Shown piece after piece: positions 37,747 through 48,782 of a stretch of DNA of 64,000 bases; within the stretch, counting starts at the first letter, position 1, and every line of letters begins with the position of its first letter. Below the pieces are notes generated by a model, which was not told where the DNA came from, did no database searches, and was given only the letters and a program-made list of their open reading frames with translations. The stretch comes from Microthyrium microscopicum (Eukaryota): the NCBI GenBank assembly GCA_010405405.1, contig MU004230.1, positions 2,018,627-2,082,626 on the forward strand, given 5' to 3'. Both the position numbers and the translations under genes were made by a program.

Positions 37747-38259
37747 GATTGGAATAGAGAGCTCTAATCTGGTGTGAGATCTAGTCTGAGCAACCGGGAA
37801 GATTGCGATGATTACGCGATGAATTTGCGCATGGAAAAGTGGTGAAGGGTTGATGTCGAAGGGGCGCAAGATTTGAGGAAGATATCTTTGGTCGCAGGGC
37901 TACGAGTGACTAATCTATAGGAGCGCACGTGATCAAATTTGCCTGAACTTTCTCGAGGTCAATTTTCCGTCTCATTCCTACTACCTATAAATGGCCTTGG
38001 GCGATTTAGTATTTTCTGGAAACCAAATTGTAGCGACAAACTGTAACCATAAAATTTGGATCAGAGAAATTGGAGATCGTTGACCATCTTGGTCCTAACT
38101 TATTTCATTGCCTCTCAGCTCGATTTTGATAACATCGGTCTTGGCATTTTGTTCATCCGCACGACTGAATCGAGGACGCGTTGAGAGCTTCCAATCTTGT
38201 ATTTCCATGAACCCAGTTTCACAGTATCCCAAAAATTCCTCTTCTCAACTTTTTACACC

Positions 38260-38660
38260 ATGGCTCAAAACTCACCCAGCATACTGGATGTCGAAATGAA
38301 AGACTCGTCTGCTGTGGCAATGGTACACAACTGCTCAATTTCCTAATATCAGCTCTAGCTAACACGTCTGCATAGCCAAATAATGCATCGCCGCTGCCTG
38401 GAAATGGTGTAGAATATTCTCAAACAACACAAAATCAAACGCCTGCTCGAGGCTCACCACACCCAATCGCTGCGCCGCCAATGGCCCCTCCAACTGTTCC
38501 CAACCCGCACGGCGCGCCCGTTCGCATCTACCTCAATTCCAAAGTCACACCACACCTACTAGAGGGAGTCAAGTATCTCGCGGCGCATGAACCTGAGAAG
38601 CCTCTGAAGTGGCTGGCAGAATATCTACAGAAGAAGAGTGAGGAGGTTGAGGGGCCATGA
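38260..38660 (+). CDS. SDC1: COMPASS subunit Sdc1/Dpy-30
   Basis: Not in ORF track. After intron 38323-38375 it reads GAPVRIYLNSKVTPHLLEGVKYLAAHEPEKPLKWLAEYL (Dpy-30 motif). Confidence 0.88.
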
Positions 38661-38976
38661 GCGGGCGATGAGACCCCAATGAAAGCTACAGCCTCGAGAG
38701 GGTGACAGACCAGGAGGACGGAAAAATATCATGCATAGCGACGGCGCACGAACGGAATATCAGGCATAATCACTCAAAATTAGGACACTTGTACTTTGGG
38801 TAGAGGGTGAATCAGCCTTTTGAAAAGGGCCAATTGATTGATTCCAATGCTTTAGAGCATAGAGTTCTTTCCATCAAAGATATACCCCAAAACCCCGATT
38901 CTCCGGTACTCGTATGAGTAATGCAGATTTTCGCTCCTCGATTGATCCCACACAAAATTTCAACCGCGATCTTCGC

Positions 38977-39646
38977 TTATGCGACCATGGTGCTGGCGGT
39001 GGCGCTCTCGTATCGCCAGGTTGGTGGTAGGACACCAACAGTCTTGTAGTAGCGGGAGAGACGGTGAATACGGGACTCGATGAGAATGAGGCGGAACTTG
39101 GAGTCCTTGTCCTTTCGGTTGCGCTCGAGATGCTTGCGTACGGACACAGCCTTATACTAAAGTAAGCATTTGTTTAGACGCGAGATAAGAGTACCAACCT
39201 TCTTGATGAGCATGTACAAGTCTTCCGGAATTTCCGGTGCAAGACCTATAATCACAACGTCAGCCTAAACCGAACGATGGCATTTGTAGAGATGTTTGCT
39301 AGCCCCTTGGACTTTCGCCTTTAGGGTATCGCATTGTCCTCAGGTGAATTGAAGCGTACCAGCGCCCTTGAGGATTCGGAGAACCTTGTTTCCTGCTACT
39401 GGTTAGTATTTGTTCTGAAAGACATGATGGTAGCGCAATCATACCTGTGACGACCTTGACTTGAGCAATTCCGTGAGAATCACGGAGAACGACACCAATC
39501 TGGGAAGGAGTGGCACCCTTCTTTGCGAGCTTGCAGATTTGGTCGACAACTTGTGCGGGAGTGGTCTTCAACCATGCTGGAGGATTGCGACTGTATGGGA
39601 TAGCAGAGGACGAAATGCCCTTGCCATTGCTGTGCATGCGACCCAT
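38977..39646 (-). CDS. RPS13: 40S ribosomal protein S13 (uS15)
   Basis: [18 protein letters not shown]..., ending ..[17 protein letters not shown]. Three introns. Confidence 0.97.
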
Positions 39647-39849
39647 CTTGGCGATTTGTGAAGGTGTCGAAAAAAGAAGTTATCGTGAAAATTGTAGCGG
39701 GTTGCTGCAATTGAGATTGATGGGGTAGAAATTGGTGTGGGTCGGCTAAAGCTCGGGGTCGGCCTGTTTGCCAAGCCTTCCAGTGCTAAGCTCGGATTTT
39801 CAACCTCCAACATTTTCTCTGAGCTTTCAAACTTCATCTTCCGCAGGCT

Positions 39850-40250
39850 ATAGCATTATCATGCCGCCTTCTGATGTTGCTACATTTTGTTGTTCTTTTT
39901 ATCTATGGTAAAGGTAAGCACAGTACCAGGTACTGATGTAGTCGCAGCCTTGGAACTAGAGACGCTCAGGTTAGTACCCATCTCGCTTTTTCTCTCCATC
40001 ACCCTACAACATGATGATCCTAAACCTTATATACTATTTTTCTGGTACCTCTTATGTCAGGGGCCTTCGGCTCCGATGATCTTAATGGACTTCTGATCTT
40101 GCACACTATCAATCTTTGAACCTCACGAGATTCCTCAGCATGTGCTAACAACATCACAGATGTCATTACCTTATATATTCGAGGATATTATAGCAGCTTG
40201 GAGTGCAAGATTCCGTTAGAACGAATAAATTTATACGTCAGTTAATACAT
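39850..40250 (+). ncRNA. Spliced, apparently non-coding snoRNA host transcript (ends approximate)
   Basis: Intron ~39908/39914-39947, a 22-nt exon, then intron 39970-40159 (GTTAGT..GCTAAC..CAG) holding the snoRNA. No convincing ORF. Confidence 0.55.
40008..40099 (+). ncRNA. snR48: Box C/D snoRNA, snR48-like
   Basis: Box C ATGATGA 40011, guide TTTTCTGGTACCTCT 40038-40052, D'-like ATGT 40054, small hairpin, C'-like CGATGA 40074, box D CTGA 40093. The guide is complementary (one G-U) to 25S AGAGGUGCCAGAAAA as recalled from memory. Confidence 0.85.
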
Positions 40251-40537
40251 ATTACGCGACTGCGCCCAACGTTTTCGAAGATACGATCACCGTTGCTCCA
40301 TTTCTATATATCTCTTGAAGCGCGGCCGTCTCTGTGAACGAGCACACCTTTTCTGCCATCAGGCCAAACAAAGCAGGTCCTTGGCACATTTCGGAAATTC
40401 GTATATACCCTCCGATCGGACCACTGTTCCAAGTCCATTCACTTGATTACATGGCATTATACATAGAACCACTAGCTCCCCGTAGCAGTAGCAATATCAA
40501 TAGAGCCACAACTTGACGCTGCCGAACCTCTGTCCGT

Positions 40538-40980
40538 TCAAGAAGGGGTACTCGTTGTCTCAGCTGGTACAAACGTCGCTTGCGGGCCCACAGACGACAC
40601 GCATGAGCAAATAGCACTACCAGCCTTGTCCGCCTGGTCTGCGTCCGCCGGGGTACAGTCATGTAGAATGCAACCTATTGCGCTATTCTGAAGTGCGGTA
40701 GAACTAGCACACTGGCAGGCTGTAAGATGTTAGTATAAAAGAGCTATTGATATCTTGTCAAGCCTACAGTAGTTTCTGGGTCCATTAGTGCCGCAGACGC
40801 TCGTGGCGGCAGCAGATACGCAGGATACCTAAAACCTGTTAGGGTTGTCTGATATCGTGGCTGAAATACTATGCTTACAGCACAAACCGGGATTGCCGAG
40901 ACCAGATAGTCACATTGTGTCTGGGCTAGCGTTGTTGATGCAAACATTGCGAGCAAGTGCAAAAGAATAGACACCCTCAT
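40538..40980 (-). CDS. Small secreted Cys-rich CFEM-domain protein (~114 aa)
   Basis: Signal peptide. After two introns it reads IPVCAVSC..VCGT..NYSCQC..IGCILHDC..AICSC; 10 Cys. Confidence 0.8.
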
Positions 40981-41566
40981 GGCTAGGTTATGCTGGACCA
41001 GGTTGGATATACTCTAGTTCACTAGAAATGAAGATACGGCTTACTTTTATACCTCGTCTCAGGCAATTCTTCTGCCTCCGCTATTGCTGCAGTGCATTCT
41101 AGTTCATATGAACGATAATCTAAGTGGAAAGCTGTGTCTCTGCTGTGAACTACGAGAGTATAATCGTCCAATGAGATGACCTTCGTTGTCACACACTTCT
41201 GGCCATCAACATTGTGCCTACAGACTAGAAAATCGCATCATTCCTGATTGTTCAACTCAGAGTAGTCACACGCTGTACCGCAGCGAGTCAATTTCCCAAT
41301 CATGTTGCATTGTCACCCTGTGCAACTCGGGCGTAGATGTGCTGTAGACAAAGCTCAATGGATGTCGAGCTTTGGTTATGCATTGATTTCAGTAATAAGG
41401 TATATGTCAGCGGTCTCGTCATCTTTTACAAAATTGTGTAGTTCTCCTACCCATTCCATGACGAAGGTCTATAACTACCTATACAATACGGGTCTACTGG
41501 TGTGTCAGTTTTTGCTTGGAAGCTTTCTTTCAACGTGAACTCGCATCAGCAATATCTCAACGTCTT

Positions 41567-42380
41567 TCAGATTCCACCCAATGTGACTAATAATCCCATC
41601 AAGCCCCCAGCGCCAATCAATCCAGCTCTTGTGAGATTCAGCGCAGAAAATCGGCTAAGCAGCTCTTGCACTTCTTTCTCATCCTTCGCGGAAACGTTCT
41701 GGTTGGTTTGCGATTGAGGCCCACTTATATCCGTGAACTCTGCTGCTTCATCCTTACCATTGACAGAGTCTAAGGCACTGCGATCGCTTGGTTGAGATTG
41801 CTCGTTACGTGCTTTCGCGCTCTGCTCACTACGCGCACCACCATACTTCTCATTCAATCTGATGAGCTTGAAATTGGTTGGAATCATGACAAAGCTGGTG
41901 AATGGACCTATACCGATACAGAGGGCCGCCGCTGCAATATATCCATTGATCTTGCTGCTGTTGGTAGTTACCCGAAGTAGCTGTGTCGCACTTTGTCCTG
42001 GTCGAAGAGCTGCGAAGGCCAAGTAGGCGAATCCAAGGGAAGAAATTGTAGCCGCTTGAGGAAACAAATGAGATCCTCGACTGAAAAGCCATCTGATTAT
42101 AGGGAGTGACCGAGAAGCCGGTTGCGATTTTAGTTCCGGAATGTCGAATAGGGACAATGTTGCTATGCCTAATGCGTTTCGGTGTAAGAATACCAATCAT
42201 CAAACGAGCTTTTCAGCTAGAATTCTCATTGTATATGATCGTAGCCATAGAATGCTATGGGAACCATGACATGCCATGGTAGTAATGTAATGTGGATTTA
42301 TGAAATGGATGCTCACCTCCTGAAGCAACAAGTGCTGTTGATATGCTGAGAGCTTGAACAACGATCGTGGCTGAAGACAT
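41567..42380 (-). CDS. DUF1772/anthrone oxygenase-like membrane protein
   Basis: LSLFDIPEL..RWLFSRGSHLFP, PFTSFVMIPTNFKL and LLSRFSALNLTRA. First exon 42380-42317, intron 42169-42316. Confidence 0.75.
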
Positions 42381-42760
42381 TGTGAATTTGTGATTGATGC
42401 TGAATTTTGATATTTTCACAGTTATAGAAAATGTTGATGCCGGTAAAATTCTACAAATTCACAACTGCCATACAGCCTACCATAACATAAAAAGTCGTTG
42501 ATGTCATAATGGGTTTAGGCTTTTGGCAGTACTAGGTTTCCATATGGAGATCTCTGTAGGTAGTCAGGGTATTGTGAGATGAGGGACCCGTCGCATCTCA
42601 AATAAGGAACCAGTTTTGATCTCGAAGCTTGGATATTAGGACCGCAGTTTTACTGACAGCTCTTCATTTCATTCTTGTTTCGCTCATACATTTGAATATC
42701 GTGTCATGGTCTTCGTGTATCGTACATCTTTCATCTACCCAGATATAGTGATCAATCTTC

Positions 42761-44362
42761 TCAACCTAACCATCGTCCCATCGCCCCACCCACATTCTCC
42801 AAGTCTAGCAAGAAGGTATCATGCCCAAATTGACTCTTATCTTCACCCAGCTCGATATGCGTGACTTGTCCGTTACCCGCCGCCCGCAACGTCTCCGCTA
42901 CCTCGCGCTGCTGCCACGCCGGAAACAGAATATCACTAGCCACGCCCATGATTAAGGTTGGCACATCTCGCATCGGCGCCAATCCGGCAATCAGATCTGG
43001 CGGCGGCGCAGAAGGACCTGTCACAGGCACTTCGGTCGACTCGGTGCCCGTAACTTCCTCATATGGCTTGGGTGGTAGTGATAAAGTACACGACGCATCC
43101 GCCTCACTCGCCGCTCCTCGCTTCCCATCCAGTAAAGCAGCTAATTTCGGCGCATTTGCTGCTCGAAGCTCCGTGATACGCGCTCGATGCTCCGCTCCTA
43201 GATCAAACAGATCCATAGCTTTTGACACATATAGCAAACTATTTGCATCATACTGCAAACACCACTTCTCTCCCGCGTGGTCCAGATACGTCTCAATCAA
43301 AAAGTCCGGACACAACGCCGGCGGCCTCGTCGCATCCGCCCTCCTCCGTCCAAACCGTGCTTCCCACTCTGGCCCGGAGCGATACGTGATCGTTGCAATT
43401 TCTCTCGCTAGCTTCATGCCAGCATGTGGTGGGACACCAGTGTAATAGAAACCCCGATTCCAGTGCGGATCCATCATCAGTACCTGCCGCTGCGTATGCC
43501 GCATTGCGATACTATACGGATGGCTGCGCGCACACCCACTGATACTCACCACGCGCGCTACACGCTCTGGGAAGAGTGCGGCGGCCGCTAAGCTCTGCAT
43601 GCCGCCCATGGATGCTCCGACGCTGGCGTAGAGACGTGGAATAGAGAGATGGTCAAGAAGTCTGAATTGGGCGCGTACCATATCTTCCATGGTGAGGATG
43701 GGGAAGCGGGTGGCATAGCGCTCGCCATTGGATGGGTCAATACTAGATGGTCCGGTAGATCCATAGCAGCCGCCAATGACGTTGGTGCAAACGACAAAAT
43801 ACTTGTCCGTGTCAAGGGGTTTGCCAGGACCGATGAACTTTTCCCACCAGCCTGGTTGCGGGTTAGCGGGCGTGCTGTGTGCGTGGCTAGATGCGGAGAG
43901 GCCGGTATGGAGGAGAATGGTGTTGGATTTTGTTGCGTTGAGAGTACCCCAGGCTTCATACGCGATTTTGAACTCTGGGAGAATGCCGCCCCAGTCCAGT
44001 AGGAGGGGCTCGGAGGAGTGGAATGTTTCGTGGGCGCCGGTGGTGTAGGATGGCTCTGGACCGCTTTTTTCAGAAGCTTGTTGTGAGAGGGAGGCTGATA
44101 GTGTTTGCGATCTGGATTCTACAGCGTCCAGACATGGAAATGACAGGGCGGGATTTGATGATTGCAGGGTGTCGGGTTTAATGGAGGCGGATGCCGCTTG
44201 TGCTTGCTTTGAAGCATGTTGATGTATCTTCCGGGCAACATTGCTTGCTCTCCGAGATCCGTATGTCGCTGTTTGATGAAGTGTACTGGAAGTTGATGCC
44301 AGGTTTTTGGCTACAGATAGAGCATTGGAAGCCGGTCTGCCAACAGATCGGATCGCGTACAT
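42761..44362 (-). CDS. cysA: Mitochondrial serine O-succinyltransferase (homoserine acetyltransferase family; Cys2/CysA type)
   Basis: [21 protein letters not shown], nucleophile GASMGG, SDILFP and GHDTFLL; Arg/Ser-rich presequence. Confidence 0.85.
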   Translation of the reverse strand: MYAIRSVGRPASNALSVAKNLASTSSTLHQTATYGSRRASNVARKIHQHASKQAQAASASIKPDTLQSSNPALSFPCLDAVESRSQTLSASLSQQASEKSGPEPSYTTGAHETFHSSEPLLLDWGGILPEFKIAYEAWGTLNATKSNTILLHTGLSASSHAHSTPANPQPGWWEKFIGPGKPLDTDKYFVVCTNVIGGCYGSTGPSSIDPSNGERYATRFPILTMEDMVRAQFRLLDHLSIPRLYASVGASMGGMQSLAAAALFPERVARVVSISGCARSHPYSIAMRHTQRQVLMMDPHWNRGFYYTGVPPHAGMKLAREIATITYRSGPEWEARFGRRRADATRPPALCPDFLIETYLDHAGEKWCLQYDANSLLYVSKAMDLFDLGAEHRARITELRAANAPKLAALLDGKRGAASEADASCTLSLPPKPYEEVTGTESTEVPVTGPSAPPPDLIAGLAPMRDVPTLIMGVASDILFPAWQQREVAETLRAAGNGQVTHIELGEDKSQFGHDTFLLDLENVGGAMGRWLG

Positions 44363-47324
44363 CGCGTCTAAGCTACCTGAGCCAGAACCAGTGTTTGGAT
44401 GTTTTTTGGTTATGAAGCTGGCTTCATATTAGGAAGTCGTGAAAATGCTTAGAAATATAGATATCGCGAGAATTAGTGACAGTCCAGGCCAAGTTGACCT
44501 CAGTTACAGCCACCGGATGGCGTGCTCACAGGGCTCACCTAAAGTTAGTGCTTGGAGTCTTCTTATTGGGCAATTGTCAGAATTTCTACATAATTACTGG
44601 CGTAGTTTTCATGGTTCAGATGATGCCCAGATGTTAAAATAGCTTGAAATCGTAAAGTACTGCAAACTCTTGGAATTTCAAGGACGTAGCTGGCGGATCG
44701 TTGGTGAATTCGTCATTTCTGTGAAATAGATATTATATTGCAGAGATGTGATTGGGTGAAATTATGGCCGTGTTGCAGCCAATGGTGCACCACGAGGCTG
44801 ATGGACAAGGCTGAATATTGAGATACATGTATGCCTTGCGAGCTGTCTGCATATCAGGCTGCGAGGCCTATTTTGCTTTAGACTTTGCTCCAACAGAAGT
44901 TTCAAATAAGATCTCCTGGTGGTCGTTTACTAACGTGCACTCTGGATTCTGTAGATAGCTTTTGTTACTAACGTTTTAATATATCGTTTCTGATTCATGT
45001 TATTTCATCCCGAGAAGCTTCTGACCGCATTTCTCGCTGTGAAGATAGACCACCTGTATCAATTATAGTCTGATCAATTTCGCAGTAGCGAAAATTACCG
45101 GACATACAGATTCGGACAACGCCCTGATTATCTCAACTTGAGCTCGTGCTCTGTCAAATTCAAAGACACGAATCGGCCCGAATGAGGTAAAATATATTCT
45201 CCCCAGCACCACATGGCAACGAAATATGTGCAATCAAATAGCCGCAGGCAAGGCGAAAGGAGTCAAAGAGCTGTTATGGCCTACCAAATCACGAAATGTC
45301 CCATACCTTGTATCTTCTTCATGCAGTGATACGATTCTCCACACCATACTCGCACAGTCTAGGACACAGGGCTGGACACCTTGCGGCGGACTCGTGCAGC
45401 TTTAAGGAAACCAGCATAGAAATATGCAATGGCTAGCAACGGCAACTATGCCGCAGAGCGGCAGAGGACGATGATATCCCGGGAAGAGGGATCTTACGCC
45501 GACGGCGCGGTCTCGTCTTGAATCTTGATGCAAGATTCCACTATCAAAATTGGCGGCCCATTTCAGGCCCCGCGGGCTTTCACGAACGGCCAGTGTTCAC
45601 TGCTGAATAATTGAACATCGGGATAAACAAGTTTCGAGAGGTCCCAATTATCGGGATCGGCGATTTTGAATCCTATTTTATGTTTTGGCGTGCATTGGAC
45701 ATTTGCTTTTTATCCGAACGAATGCGCACCTCCATGGTTTTGCTAGCCTCATTAAAGCAAAATCAGCTATTGGTGCTCTTGAGTTCTCGAGATGCGTTAT
45801 ACGTTGCTTATGCTATGGCAATCAGTTCTTGAATAGGTATAGACTTTCAAAGCGCTGCCCAACGTCAATGTTGACATTCGGCTATTCGAGTGTTGCTACA
45901 TGTACAAACGACTCCAAGATTTGGAACTACGGTCGATATCTAAGCGCAGCGGTCTCGCGCGGGGGGCTGATAGGCGGGGTAAGAAGTCGTCTAGGTGGGG
46001 GGTTAGGGAGAAACGGTACTTTGTACATTAGCAACAGCCTTGATGCCAGCCATGAGACAAGCGGTGAGAGTACAAGGGAAACAAAATCACGCAAAGTTCA
46101 ACCCAATCTCGATGGAAGAAGCGTATGTGATGCCTCGAAACTTGGATACATCACTTGATACCTCTGATCATGCCAGATTGGATCTCGAAGCTACAGAAGG
46201 ATCCAATGTGGGCTGCCGCGTGGTGAGATATAGACGGTTGTGCAACCATCAAGCAGTAAACAACCACAGCGAAGAACAAGTCGTGGCACATCAACCTTCT
46301 TTTCTTTCTGCAGTTCTGCACGCGATAAGTCTCAAGATGTGGACCTATATCCTCAATCATTAATACGAAATTGTAGAGAGGACTTCCTAAGTTCCTTAGA
46401 GCTGCAAATTACATTGAATGACACAGACAGCCAATCATAGTTCATTTCCCAAGTGTTTTCAGCCTTGAATAGACTCGGCCAGTCCGAGCTTGCCTGACTT
46501 CTGCAGACGCGCGCAACGGCTGGCGGCGGAAACAAACCTCGCGAAATGGAAGCTATTTGCACGGTAAAAACACTCGTTGCTTGTGCCGTGGTCCAATAGC
46601 TGGTTAGGCGAAAGACACTACAGGCTAAACAATCTCGTCTGTTGTGGCATGCATTTGACGACCCAAGTCAATGGATTGGAGAATGGCTTGCAGGGTACTG
46701 AGACATCTTGTACAAACCCAGCAAGTGAATGGGGCGTAAAGACACTTGAATACCGTACTTCGGTCTATCGTAGAATGATGTGGGGCTCAGACTAAGGTAG
46801 CTATCAATATCAAGATGCAGAATATGTTCATGAAAGAGAAAAGAGACGAGACCAAATATGAAGACACTACCAAAAACTTGAAGTGTACCAATTCTATTGG
46901 GCAAAGTAGTTTGTTCCAGACAAGTACCAGCTCACAGTGAGCTGTCCATTGATAGTGAAATTGATCGCCAGAATCAATAAATCCCCGAGTAAGCCACTGG
47001 GGAGCGTCTGCTGGGTCAGCAAATAAACCTTGGACCGCCGTATCCACCCTCCGTATCCCTGATATACACGCACTGTTGAAATGAGATTGCCGCCGCCTCC
47101 TATCCATATTGTGAGCCATTGATTGGAAGAAAAATGCTACAATCATTGTTGCAAAAGCACCAACTGTCAAAATCCACCTGTTCACGCAAAACCATTACTA
47201 GTTTTCTCCTTTCGTGTTGACGATCGCCCCTTAGACTACTATCTAGTAAGCAGCGATGCAGTCGTTACTTTACGCTTCACTCTTTCCTCAATCGCCATTG
47301 CCACCACCACCACCAACCACCCAT

Positions 47325-48782
47325 TCACCGCTCTAGTGGCGGTTCAGGGTCCACTGGTTGGACCCAATCCGGAGGGAAAGCGTTCCAGTATGGCAAACGA
47401 ACATCGAAGTTCTCTGGTGCAAGATTTGGCAAGTCTCGTCGAAGCACGACCCAAAACTCGTCGTAAAGCTCTCGATATCCCTTTGGCGAGAGATGTAAGC
47501 CTATAAAACGACGAAAAGTCCACAAGTCAGCAAGAACTCTAATCTGGGATACCCCTCGTAATGAACTCCAATCGCCGAGTAGAAGCGTCGTCAAAATCTA
47601 AGACATGGCCGTGTCCAGTGCTGACTATCAAGCCCATGTGACTTTCTTGCGCCATCGTCCTAAGAGTCTTTGCTGACGACCCGCCGGATTCCTCTCTCTA
47701 AGCCTCTTGTCTATCTTCGTGATCGTCCCTCTATCGTCCCATCTCTTACAAAGAAGGAATAAAAGTCGTAGTCTCACTTACCGTCTGTAAACAGCTCTAG
47801 AAACCTGCCATCTCCTTCCCGGTCCCGCAATCCCGGTAACGGATCTCCTTCCTTCCAGCCCGCGTGCTTGACAAAACGCGTCCACAGGTCGACGACTGCG
47901 ATACCACGTTCCTGGCCGAGTGTACGCACCATGTCGGCATATGCCTTGGTGTTGGCAGCACTGCGGCGCGGCTGTGTAAAGCCGCGGACCTGGTCGGCGG
48001 CAAATTGCTGCGCTTCATCAATGGGTGGGGGCGTAATCAGAACCAGCTTGATTCCTGGGTGGGCAGTGATGGCCGGGTGGGTGATGAGTTTGATGAGGTT
48101 GGCGCGGAAGTTGGGGAGTGGAACGCATTGATTCATGTTGGGATCGTCCACAGGATAACACGAGTCGTTGGCCCCGAAGAAAATAGTCTGTGAAGCAAAG
48201 TTAGCTCCTGAGAACTGCGATTATTCCATGGTTTTCTTGAATTGTGCGAGCAGGTGGTCGAGGCTGTGAAGACTCACGACTAGTTTGACTCTGCCTTCCG
48301 CTGGGGATGGAATGACGAAGGGCATGACTCTCAAGGCGAGATCAGTGTTGTAGCCACTTTGATAGTTAGCTGCTCTGTTTGATATTGCCAATTATTATAG
48401 GTCCATGTAGAACATGCCTGAGACCTCGATTTCTCACTTCGAGTCGACGAATGTAGTCTGACAAAGTGTTAGTCAAAACTTCTCATGCAACCGTATAAAG
48501 ACAAATGAGTAAGTCATATGAACAAAATTATACAGTGTTCATGAAACGACACTTACCATCTCGCAATGCGGCACCAAAAGCAAATCCATTTTCTTGCTTT
48601 TCCGAGAACTCGGTTATGGAATCTCCCAAGAGAACAATCTGATCGTACAAGGCTGTCTGAGTAGAAGAAGAGTGAGTACGGAACAAGAACTCCTTAAACC
48701 TAACGAGTATGGACAGCTGTTTTCCCACCATGGTTTCTGCAGACTCGAGTTCAGCGGGATATGTGGGAGTATTGCTTGTCAT
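47325..48782 (-). CDS. IAH1: SGNH/GDSL esterase (isoamyl acetate-hydrolysing esterase-like)
   Basis: LGDSITE, NRGLS|GYN, FFGANDS and TD|GLH blocks assembled over at least four introns. Start uncertain. Confidence 0.85.

Noticed and set aside
39310..39345. CUGAGGA..GAAA as a hammerhead ribozyme core
   Set aside because: Stem II cannot close (C opposite C), and no stems I/III or cleavage triplet are in place.
45997..46008. CCCTAACCC as a telomerase RNA template
   Set aside because: A 9-mer alone is not enough; I could not identify a pseudoknot or CR4/5 domain.
47501..47782. Stwintron interpretation of the long IAH1 and HAD introns
   Set aside because: The nested-splice products would shift the reading frame; single-intron removal restores the conserved motifs.
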